Positions 1 to 7,499 of a stretch of DNA of 19,510 nt are shown here, in pieces; within the stretch, counting starts at the first letter, position 1, and the number at the start of each line of letters is the position of its first letter. The DNA comes from Campylobacterota bacterium (GTDB lineage Bacteria; Campylobacterota; Campylobacteria; Campylobacterales; Arcobacteraceae): positions 1-19,510 of the forward strand of contig JBNJFB010000045.1 in NCBI GenBank assembly GCA_051746405.1, given 5' to 3'. The translations under genes were made by a program, and so were the position numbers. The notes beneath the pieces are model-generated. The model did no database searches. It had not been told where the DNA came from and worked only from the letters and a program-made list of their open reading frames with translations.

Positions 1-2
1 GT

Positions 3-479
3 GATGTTATTTCAAATTTAAATGAAAAAATCAATTTAGAGGATGATTTTGCAGATACAGTAGTATCTTTATCTGTTATGGAACATTTATATAATCCAGA
101 AGTTTTTTTATCAGAAGCTTATAGAGTTTTAAAAAATGATGGAGTATTTGTTTTAGGTGTTCCTTGGATGTGGTGGATTCATGAAGCTCCTCATGATTAT
201 TATAGGTATACGTCTTTTGGATTAAAACACTTATTACAAAAAGCTGGTTTTTCAGAAGTCGAAATTATTCCAACTTCAGGTTTTTTTACAACTATATTTA
301 TAAAAATGAACTATTTTAGTGTGAATTTTTTAAAAGGTTCTAAATTTAAAGTTAATCTATTGAGAACATTATTTAGACCTTTTTGGTTTCTATCTCAAAA
401 ACTTGCGCCTCATTTAGATAAATATGATAAAGATTGGAACAAAGAGTGTCAAAGTTATTTTGTTATTGCAAAAAAGTAA
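3..479 (+). CDS. Class I SAM-dependent methyltransferase (Methyltransf_11-like), 5'-truncated by the window edge
   Basis: The frame of the 78..479 ORF is open back to position 3 (DVISNLNEKINLEDDFADTVVSLSVMEHLYNPEVFLSEAYRVLKNDG). It carries the post-SAM-binding motifs D-x-V-x-S-x-x-V-x-EH and E-x-x-RVLK-x-x-G, plus HEAPHDYYRYT..GL, typical of methyltransferases in polysaccharide loci. Confidence 0.85.
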   Translation, partial: DVISNLNEKINLEDDFADTVVSLSVMEHLYNPEVFLSEAYRVLKNDGVFVLGVPWMWWIHEAPHDYYRYTSFGLKHLLQKAGFSEVEIIPTSGFFTTIFIKMNYFSVNFLKGSKFKVNLLRTLFRPFWFLSQKLAPHLDKYDKDWNKECQSYFVIAKK

Positions 480-488
480 GGATTAAAA

Positions 489-1550
489 ATGATTTGGTTT
501 GATTTGGTTACTCCTAAATCTGTTTTATTTTTTATACCTATTATAAAAGAAATAGAAAACAGAGGTAAAAAGGTTTTAATAACTGCACGTGAAGGAAATG
601 GTTATTCTGAAGTTGTGGAATTATTAAAGTTATATAATATAGATTTTGTTAATAGAGGAGAATTTGGAGGTGCTTGTTTAAAAGACAAGCTTTATGCTTC
701 AATTGAGCGTCAAAAAGCCTTGATGGAGTTTGTTACTTTATATGAAATCGATAGATTAGTTTGTTTATGTTCTGTTGATGCAAATAGGGTTGCATTTGGT
801 TTAGGAATTCCTATAATAAACTTTTACGATATCCCCTTATCTGATCATAAAACTAACTTTAAAAAAGCATTACCTCAAGCGCGGCTAACTTTACCTCTTG
901 CTAGTAAAGTATTTAAACCGTTTGTTGTTCCTGATGAAATATTCCTGAGGTTTTCATTGGATGAAGAGCAGATATTTGAGTATAATTTTATTGATCCTTT
1001 AATTTGGTTAAAAGATTTTAAGCCGAATTATTCTTATGTAGAAGAAATACTAAAACCTTATAATTTGGATCTTTCTAAGAAACTTATTGTAATTAGAGAA
1101 GAAGAGTATAAGTCTTCATATGTTGATAAAAGGTATCCTATTTTATATGAAGCTCTTGAAGAAATAAATAAAAGAACTAATGCAAATATTATAATTATAC
1201 CAAGGTATGAAAGTGAATATCTAAAAAATGAGTTTCCATTTGCAACTGTACTTGAAAAGAAAAGTGTTATACAACATCTTCTTGCTTTTGCTGATTTGTT
1301 TATTGGAGGTGGAGGCACACTAAATACTGAAGCTTGTTATTTTAATACACCAACTATTTCTACAAGAAGTTTTATTTGCCATTATGATAAATATCAAATT
1401 GACAATAATTTAATGATTTGGGTATCAACAAAAAAAGAGCTTTTAGAAAGAGTTATTAAACTTTTAGAAATTCGAAGTAAAAAAAACAATAATCCTCTTA
1501 GAAATATGAAAATAGAAGTTAATTCATTAATTGACAGAATTTTAGAATGA
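489..1550 (+). CDS. DUF354-family protein (predicted GT-B-fold glycosyltransferase-like)
   Basis: 353 aa ORF with N-terminal MIWFDLVTPKSVLFF and V-L-I-T-A-R, and a C-terminal GT-B-like motif ADLFIGGGGTLNTEACYFNTPTIS. AAGGA RBS lies just upstream, with a 9-bp gap after the methyltransferase. Confidence 0.8.
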   Translation: MIWFDLVTPKSVLFFIPIIKEIENRGKKVLITAREGNGYSEVVELLKLYNIDFVNRGEFGGACLKDKLYASIERQKALMEFVTLYEIDRLVCLCSVDANRVAFGLGIPIINFYDIPLSDHKTNFKKALPQARLTLPLASKVFKPFVVPDEIFLRFSLDEEQIFEYNFIDPLIWLKDFKPNYSYVEEILKPYNLDLSKKLIVIREEEYKSSYVDKRYPILYEALEEINKRTNANIIIIPRYESEYLKNEFPFATVLEKKSVIQHLLAFADLFIGGGGTLNTEACYFNTPTISTRSFICHYDKYQIDNNLMIWVSTKKELLERVIKLLEIRSKKNNNPLRNMKIEVNSLIDRILE

Positions 1551-1625
1551 ATATTTTATACATAATCTATTTTTTTAAGATATCATATGTAATAATTACA
1601 AACCAAAAAAGAAGTAGGTGAAAGA

Positions 1626-1850
1626 ATGGCTGAAGACAAAATCCCGAAAAATATATTAAAAATACAAAGAAAGCTTGCTACTTTTGAAAAAGGCTCTAGA
1701 AACTATGAAAAGTATACAAAAATTTTGACTAAGCATATTAAGAAGCATGCTATGAAACAAAGAAATATATCACATACAAAAAGTATTGAAACTGTACAAA
1801 AATTTTCAAAAAATGAAATAAAATTTCAAGAAAATAGAAAAGAAGAGTAA
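1626..1850 (+). CDS. Small, highly basic hypothetical protein (74 aa)
   Basis: ATG preceded by a purine-rich AGGTG RBS-like sequence. It fills the gap between DUF354 and recA on the same strand. It is Lys-rich and I recognise no domain. Confidence 0.7.
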   Translation: MAEDKIPKNILKIQRKLATFEKGSRNYEKYTKILTKHIKKHAMKQRNISHTKSIETVQKFSKNEIKFQENRKEE

Positions 1851-1894
1851 AAACATTACAAAATGCAATAAAAATATATACTTTATATTTTTTT

Positions 1895-1903
1895 TGCTAC
1901 AAT
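1895..1903 (+). promoter_or_regulatory. Putative extended -10 housekeeping-sigma promoter of recA (TGCTACAAT)
   Basis: TGnTAcAAT preceded by a T-tract, about 43 bp upstream of the recA ATG, with AGGA RBS at 1933-1936. It matches the Campylobacterota extended -10 promoter style. Confidence 0.65.
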
Positions 1904-1945
1904 TCACAAATAAATATAAGAAATCTACTTTTAGGATAGAAAATA

Positions 1946-2974
1946 ATGGATGATAATCAAAAAAAATCTTTAGATTTAGCAATTAAACAAATAGATAAAA
2001 CATTTGGAAAAGGTACTCTTATTAGATTAGGGGATAAAGAAGTGGTTCCAACTGAGGCTATTAGTACAGGCTCTTTAGGACTTGATTTAGGTTTAGGTGT
2101 TGGTGGTCTTCCACAAGGTAGAGTCATAGAAATATATGGACCTGAAAGTTCAGGTAAAACTACACTTACACTTCATGCAATTGCAGAGTGTCAAAGAAAA
2201 GGTGGGGTTGCTGCTTTTATTGATGCAGAGCATGCTTTAGACACTGCATATGCAAGAAATCTAGGTGTTGATATTGACAACTTACTTGTTTCTCAACCTG
2301 ACTATGGGGAGCAAGCTTTAGAGATTTTAGAGACTGTTGTAAGAAGTGGTGCTGTTGATTTAGTTGTTATTGACTCTGTTGCTGCACTTACTCCAAAAGT
2401 AGAAATTGATGGTGATATGGATGACCAGCAAGTTGGTGTTCAAGCTAGACTTATGAGTAAAGCCCTAAGAAAAATCACTAGTATCATGAATAAAATGGGT
2501 ACTACAGTTATCTTTATTAACCAAATTAGAATGAAAATAGGAATGACTGGATATGGAAGTCCTGAAACTACCACAGGTGGTAATGCTCTTAAATTCTACT
2601 CATCTGTTAGACTTGATATTAGAAGAATCGCTACTTTAAAACAGGGTGAAAATCCTATTGGAAATAGAGTAAAAGTAAAAGTTGTAAAAAATAAAGTTGC
2701 ACCACCATTTAAACTTGCAGAGTTTGATATCATGTTTGGTGAGGGTATTTCAAAGATGGGTGAGCTTATTGACTATGGAGTTAAACTTGATATTGTTGAT
2801 AAAGCAGGTGCATGGTTCTCTTATGGGGATTCAAAAATTGGACAAGGTAAAGAGAACTCAAAACTATTCTTAAAGGACAATCCAGAGATTGCACAAGAGA
2901 TAGAAGAAAAAATCTTAAAAGCAATGGGTATTAATGATGAGATTATTCAAGATGATGAGCAAGACACTCAATAA
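1946..2974 (+). CDS. recA: Recombinase RecA
   Basis: Walker [61 protein letters not shown] and KNKVAPPFK. Confidence 0.99.
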   Translation: MDDNQKKSLDLAIKQIDKTFGKGTLIRLGDKEVVPTEAISTGSLGLDLGLGVGGLPQGRVIEIYGPESSGKTTLTLHAIAECQRKGGVAAFIDAEHALDTAYARNLGVDIDNLLVSQPDYGEQALEILETVVRSGAVDLVVIDSVAALTPKVEIDGDMDDQQVGVQARLMSKALRKITSIMNKMGTTVIFINQIRMKIGMTGYGSPETTTGGNALKFYSSVRLDIRRIATLKQGENPIGNRVKVKVVKNKVAPPFKLAEFDIMFGEGISKMGELIDYGVKLDIVDKAGAWFSYGDSKIGQGKENSKLFLKDNPEIAQEIEEKILKAMGINDEIIQDDEQDTQ

Positions 2975-3012
2975 ATCTTAAAACTATTTTTATACCACTT
3001 TAAAACTACTTC

Positions 3013-3041
3013 AAAGGCTTAGTTAAACTAAGCCTTTTTTT
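3013..3041 (+). terminator. Intrinsic terminator downstream of recA
   Basis: Perfect inverted repeat AAAGGCTTAGT (3013-3023), loop TAA, ACTAAGCCTTT (3027-3037), running into a T-tract (3035-3041) about 40 bp after the recA stop. Confidence 0.85.
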
Positions 3042-3089
3042 ATTTATACTAATTCACCTTTTCATAAAAGCAAATAAAAATTATAATTT

Positions 3090-3098
3090 TGATAAAAT
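3090..3098 (+). promoter_or_regulatory. Putative extended -10 promoter of eno (TGATAAAAT)
   Basis: TGnTAAAAT about 33 bp upstream of the GTG start. A TATAAT also lies at 3082-3087, and the AGGAG RBS is at 3120-3124. Confidence 0.6.
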
Positions 3099-3130
3099 AT
3101 AGCAAATTAATAATATTATAGGAGACCCAA

Positions 3131-4405
3131 GTGGTATTTATTGATAATATATACGCAGATGAAGTGTTAGATTCAAGAGGAAATCCAACAGTTAGAGCTA
3201 CAGTTGTTTTAAGTGATGGAACAAAGCAAAGTGCTATTGTACCAAGTGGTGCTAGTACAGGTAAAAAAGAAGCGTTAGAGCTAAGAGATGGTGATGATAG
3301 ATACCTAGGAAAAGGTGTACTAAGAGCTGTTGAAAATATAAATACTGTTATTGCTGAAGAGTTGATGGGATTAAGCCCTTATAATCAAGCGCAAGTTGAT
3401 GCTACAATGAAAGATATTGATGCAACATCAAACTACTCAAATTTAGGTGCAAATGCAGTTTTAGGTGTATCAATGGCAACAGCAAGAGCAGCTGCAACTT
3501 CTTTAAATATGCCTTTATATAGATATTTAGGTGGAGCAAATGCAATGACTATGCCTGTACCTATGTTCAATATTATAAATGGTGGAGAGCACGCAAATAA
3601 CTCTGTTGATTTCCAAGAGTATATGATAATGCCAACAGGTTTTGAAAACTTCAATGATGGTCTAAGAGCTGTATCTGAAATCTACCAACACCTAAAAAAA
3701 GTAATTGATAAAATGGGTGAAAGTACAGCAGTTGGTGATGAGGGTGGTTTTGCTCCAAACTTAAAATCAAATGAAGAGCCAATTGCAGTAATCATGGAAG
3801 CAATTGAAAATGCAGGATATAAACCAGGTGAACAGATTAGTTTAGCTTTAGATGTTGCTGCTAGTGAATTAATCAATGATGAGAATAAGTATGAACTAAA
3901 AGGTGAGAATAAAACTTTAAGCTCTGAAGAGTTAGTAAACTACTATAATGATTTATGCTCAAAATATCCTATTGTATCAATTGAAGATGGATTATCTGAA
4001 GATGACTGGGATGGATGGAAAGTCCTAACTGATAAAATTGGAGACAAAGTACAATTAGTTGGGGATGATTTATTTGTAACAAATGCTAATATCTTAGCAC
4101 ATGGTATCCAAAAAAAGGTTGGTAATGCTGTTTTAATTAAACCAAACCAAATTGGAACTGTAAGTGAAACTATGCTAACAATTAGATTAGCACAAAGAAA
4201 CAACTACAACTGTGTGATGTCCCATAGATCAGGAGAGTCAGAAGATACATTTATTGCAGATTTTGCAGTTGCATTAAACTGTGGTCAAATAAAAACAGGT
4301 TCAACTGCAAGAAGTGATAGAATCGCAAAATATAATAGACTATTAGAGATTGGTTCAGAGATTGGTTATGCAGAGTATTTAGGTAACCAGCCATTTTCTA
4401 AATAG
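3131..4405 (+). CDS. eno: Enolase (phosphopyruvate hydratase), GTG start
   Basis: [63 protein letters not shown] and [14 protein letters not shown]. Confidence 0.99.
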   Translation: MVFIDNIYADEVLDSRGNPTVRATVVLSDGTKQSAIVPSGASTGKKEALELRDGDDRYLGKGVLRAVENINTVIAEELMGLSPYNQAQVDATMKDIDATSNYSNLGANAVLGVSMATARAAATSLNMPLYRYLGGANAMTMPVPMFNIINGGEHANNSVDFQEYMIMPTGFENFNDGLRAVSEIYQHLKKVIDKMGESTAVGDEGGFAPNLKSNEEPIAVIMEAIENAGYKPGEQISLALDVAASELINDENKYELKGENKTLSSEELVNYYNDLCSKYPIVSIEDGLSEDDWDGWKVLTDKIGDKVQLVGDDLFVTNANILAHGIQKKVGNAVLIKPNQIGTVSETMLTIRLAQRNNYNCVMSHRSGESEDTFIADFAVALNCGQIKTGSTARSDRIAKYNRLLEIGSEIGYAEYLGNQPFSK

Positions 4406-4419
4406 TAAATATTTAGTTT

Positions 4420-4662
4420 ATGAAAAAAAAGCAACGTGGTCTAAAAAAATTTTTTATTATAGTGGTTGTTTCAACTTTAATTACTATATTTCTAAGTTAC
4501 CATGTTGCGAATATTCTTTTTGGAGTTAACTCTTTTGAAGTATATACTTCATTAAAAGATAAAAGAACATATCTTCAAAAAGAGATAAAAAGATTACAAA
4601 AAGAGAATGCATATTTGCAAAAAGAGTACTTTGAATTAAAAAACTTGGAGCCAGAACAATGA
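4420..4662 (+). CDS. Septum formation initiator family protein (FtsB/DivIC-like)
   Basis: Basic N-terminus, one TM helix, FG-x-x-S motif, then a leucine-zipper-like coiled coil (LKDKRTYLQKEIKRLQKENAYL). It sits directly after eno, the widespread eno-ftsB arrangement. Confidence 0.75.
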   Translation: MKKKQRGLKKFFIIVVVSTLITIFLSYHVANILFGVNSFEVYTSLKDKRTYLQKEIKRLQKENAYLQKEYFELKNLEPEQ

Positions 4663-5450
4663 AAACTTTATTTTTATTTACATTAGCAGTTATTTTATCA
4701 ACAAACTTAAATGCTAGAGAAAACCCTTTTACAACTACAAATGCCTACGATGAAGAAGCCGCTAGAATCATTGAATCTGAACAGTTCGCAATGAACCAAT
4801 CTGAAGAGAGTGACTACATCCAAAGAATGAGAGAAAAACTTGCTGTAGAAGATGAAATTCCAAGTATAGCTTCAATAAAGAATACAGATGAAAATAAAAG
4901 TGAAGTTATCAAAAATGAGCAAAAGCCCCAAAAAGTTGAAGAAAAGAAAAAAACAACTAAAACAAAAGAAGAGATCTCAAATGAAGAGTTAAAAAAACTT
5001 ATCAAACAAGCTCAACAAGAAACAGAACAAAGAGCAAAACAGATAATTGAAGAGCAGTTAAAAAGTTCTCAAATCAAACCTCAAGAAGTTGTTTTTGTAA
5101 AACCAAGACTTGATGTAGAAGAGCAGATGCAAAATGAGCAGACTACCCTAAATATCTTACCATTTTTAGATATTGTATATAGTGATAATAAAATGGATTT
5201 AAAATCAAAATATAGTGTATCAAAAAAGTTCAGCCTACCAAAAGAGAATAAATTAATCGTTGATTATAAAGCAAAGGTAAACTTCTATACTAAAAGAGAA
5301 GAGTTAAACTCAAAAAATTTCAAAAAAATAGCAGTGGGAAATCATAAAAAGAATAGCTTTTTCAGAGTTGTTATCCAACTTGATAGTAACCCCTCAAATT
5401 ATGAAGTATCTTATAAAAACGATTTAGTCTCTATTTCTCCTAGCAATTAG
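4659..5450 (+). CDS. Secreted AMIN-domain protein (similar position and architecture to Campylobacter CgpA)
   Basis: Sec signal peptide (MKTLFLFTLAVILSTNLNA) followed by RENPF, a long E/K/Q-rich linker, and C-terminal AMIN-like strands (NKLIVDY...KIAVGNHKKNSFFRVVIQLD). ATGA overlap with the upstream gene. Confidence 0.8.
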   Translation: MKTLFLFTLAVILSTNLNARENPFTTTNAYDEEAARIIESEQFAMNQSEESDYIQRMREKLAVEDEIPSIASIKNTDENKSEVIKNEQKPQKVEEKKKTTKTKEEISNEELKKLIKQAQQETEQRAKQIIEEQLKSSQIKPQEVVFVKPRLDVEEQMQNEQTTLNILPFLDIVYSDNKMDLKSKYSVSKKFSLPKENKLIVDYKAKVNFYTKREELNSKNFKKIAVGNHKKNSFFRVVIQLDSNPSNYEVSYKNDLVSISPSN

Positions 5451-6584
5451 ATGGTTTAAAACTCTAATTGCTATCATTACAATAAGTACTTCTAAAATAG
5501 CAGCTAAAATAAATGCATAATAATACTCTTGGTCAATTGAGTGATTATTATAAGCAAGTGTTGTAACTGCTATTAGTAGTGTTATTGGCATCGAGTGTGA
5601 TAGCCCTATCATATAAAACTTATCAATACCTATATCTTTTATAAAAAGCATTGAAGCTATAAATCTTATTGCAACCATTGCAGCTACTATTAATAGTGCT
5701 TTTAAAAGTAATCCATCTTGAAAGATAGCTTCAATTTCAAATGATGCCCCAACTGATATAAAAAATATAGGAACTAGCCAACCAAAACCAAAATGTTCAA
5801 GCTTTTTTGGCAACATTGCATTGTGTTTTTCAAAAAATGTTGTAATAAAAGTACCTGCTATAAAAGCACCAAATGCTACTTTTAGGTGAAGTATCATCAT
5901 CACTGCAATCATTAGGAAAAATATAGACATGGATAGCCTAATATCTTGTTCTTGATGATCTTTTTGAGGCATAAGATATGTTTTTATTTCAGGAAACCAC
6001 CAAATAAGATTATGGAAAAACTTATATATAAGTAGCATTGATACTAAAAATGCCACAAATAAAACCATTGTTTTATAAAACTCAAAATTTATTCCAAACT
6101 CTAAAGCAGCTGAAACAGTGGTAAGTGCAAAGATTGATATAATCTCCCCTATTAACCCTACTACTATGGCTAATCTAATCCACTCCACATCACCATACTC
6201 TTTTTTAAGTGCAGCTAAAAGACCTATTGAAATCAATGGCAATACAACAATAAAAATTTTTCCTAAGTCTAAATATAGTGTTATTAGTGTGGACAAAGAG
6301 AATAAAATCACATTATAAAGTATTGATTTTTTTAATATTGAAGGGGAGATATTGACTAGTTTTTTTAAATCAACTTCAAGTCCAGCTAAAAACATTAAGT
6401 ATAAAAAACCTAAGTTTGCAGCTAAGTCTAATATAGCATGATTTGTTATAAATAAAAAATATGCAGCAATAGCCCCTAACATAATCTCTACGGTTACAGT
6501 TGGTAGTCTTAATATTTTTGCTATTAATGGTGAAGAGAATATAATCAGTGAAATAGTTACTATTATTTTAATCTCATCACTCAT
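5424..6584 (-). CDS. Cation:proton antiporter, CPA2 family (Na+/H+ exchanger domain)
   Basis: Highly hydrophobic 386 aa protein with about 12 predicted TM segments. Motifs LGFLYLMFLAGLEVD, FGAFIAG and LVPIFFISVG. Confidence 0.9.
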   Translation of the reverse strand: MSDEIKIIVTISLIIFSSPLIAKILRLPTVTVEIMLGAIAAYFLFITNHAILDLAANLGFLYLMFLAGLEVDLKKLVNISPSILKKSILYNVILFSLSTLITLYLDLGKIFIVVLPLISIGLLAALKKEYGDVEWIRLAIVVGLIGEIISIFALTTVSAALEFGINFEFYKTMVLFVAFLVSMLLIYKFFHNLIWWFPEIKTYLMPQKDHQEQDIRLSMSIFFLMIAVMMILHLKVAFGAFIAGTFITTFFEKHNAMLPKKLEHFGFGWLVPIFFISVGASFEIEAIFQDGLLLKALLIVAAMVAIRFIASMLFIKDIGIDKFYMIGLSHSMPITLLIAVTTLAYNNHSIDQEYYYAFILAAILEVLIVMIAIRVLNHLIARRNRD

Positions 6585-6593
6585 TTTAAAGTC

Positions 6594-7472
6594 CTACTCA
6601 CCTGGCATTTTAACTACATGTTTAGCAATCTTAAAACCTAATTTTTCTAATGCTTCAACATCATCTTTTGGAGTTTTCCCTGAAGTAGTTAAATAATCAC
6701 CAATAACAAATGCATTTGCTCCTGCATTAAAAATCTCATACTGTTCATCACCAAACATAAGCTCTCTTCCACCTGCAACCATTATTTTATGAGCATTTGG
6801 AATCATTTCTCTAGCTATTGTGATTAACTCAAAAGCCTCTTCTCTTGTAATTGTATTTTCCACAATAGGTAAAGCTTCATTTGGATGAAAAAAGTTTAAT
6901 GGAACATTCATAGGGTCTAATGATGCAATTGATTTTAACATAGAAACTCTATCTTCATGTGTTTCACCCATACCAAAGATTCCACCACAAACAAGCTGTA
7001 ATCCAGCTTCTTTTACATTTAAACAAGTTTGATATCTATCTTCCCACGAGTGAGTTGTACACACTGTAGGATAAAACTCTTTAGCTGTTTCTAAATTATG
7101 GTTATAGTTATCAACACCTGCTGCTTTTAACTCTTTTAGTTGCTTTACAGATGCAGTACCATTACAAGCAATTACTCTAAGTCCCAAATTAGCATCTTTT
7201 ACAGCTTTTGCAGCTTTTGCTATGAATTTAGTTTTTTTATCTGTCAATCCCAAGCCAGCTGTTACTAAACAAAATCCAACAGCACCATTTTCTCTAGCTT
7301 TTGTAGCTTCATATACTATTTGCTCTATATCTTTTAGTTTATATCTTTGAATATCAGCTTTATATCTTACACTTTGGGTACAAAATTTACAATCTTCATT
7401 ACATGTACCACTTTCCACATTACAAATAGCACATAAAAATATTTCATCAGTTGTTTTAAATTTATCGCTCAT
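6594..7472 (-). CDS. bioB: Biotin synthase (radical SAM), short Campylobacterota form
   Basis: CxxxCxxC motif (CNEDCKFC) followed by TQS, YNHNLET, GGIFGMGE, VPLN, AGGRE, and GANA..GDYLTT. Confidence 0.95.
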   Translation of the reverse strand: MSDKFKTTDEIFLCAICNVESGTCNEDCKFCTQSVRYKADIQRYKLKDIEQIVYEATKARENGAVGFCLVTAGLGLTDKKTKFIAKAAKAVKDANLGLRVIACNGTASVKQLKELKAAGVDNYNHNLETAKEFYPTVCTTHSWEDRYQTCLNVKEAGLQLVCGGIFGMGETHEDRVSMLKSIASLDPMNVPLNFFHPNEALPIVENTITREEAFELITIAREMIPNAHKIMVAGGRELMFGDEQYEIFNAGANAFVIGDYLTTSGKTPKDDVEALEKLGFKIAKHVVKMPGE

Positions 7473-7499
7473 TTTTAATACTCTTCTTCCTTTTTATTA

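Noticed and set aside
1058..1318. 86-aa antisense ORF inside the DUF354 gene
   Set aside because: Shadow ORF fully opposite a well-supported CDS, with no recognisable motif.
1479..1486. A8 homopolymer near the DUF354 3' end as a possible phase-variation tract
   Set aside because: A/T runs of 7-8 are common throughout this AT-rich window, the frame is intact, and no long poly-G/C tract is present.
3433..4203. Three antisense ORFs within eno
   Set aside because: Typical antisense open frames produced by codon bias in a highly expressed gene.
4814..5005. Hydrophobic F/S-rich antisense ORF that could be mistaken for a small membrane toxin
   Set aside because: It is the mirror image of the E/K-rich (GAA/AAA) linker codons on the + strand.
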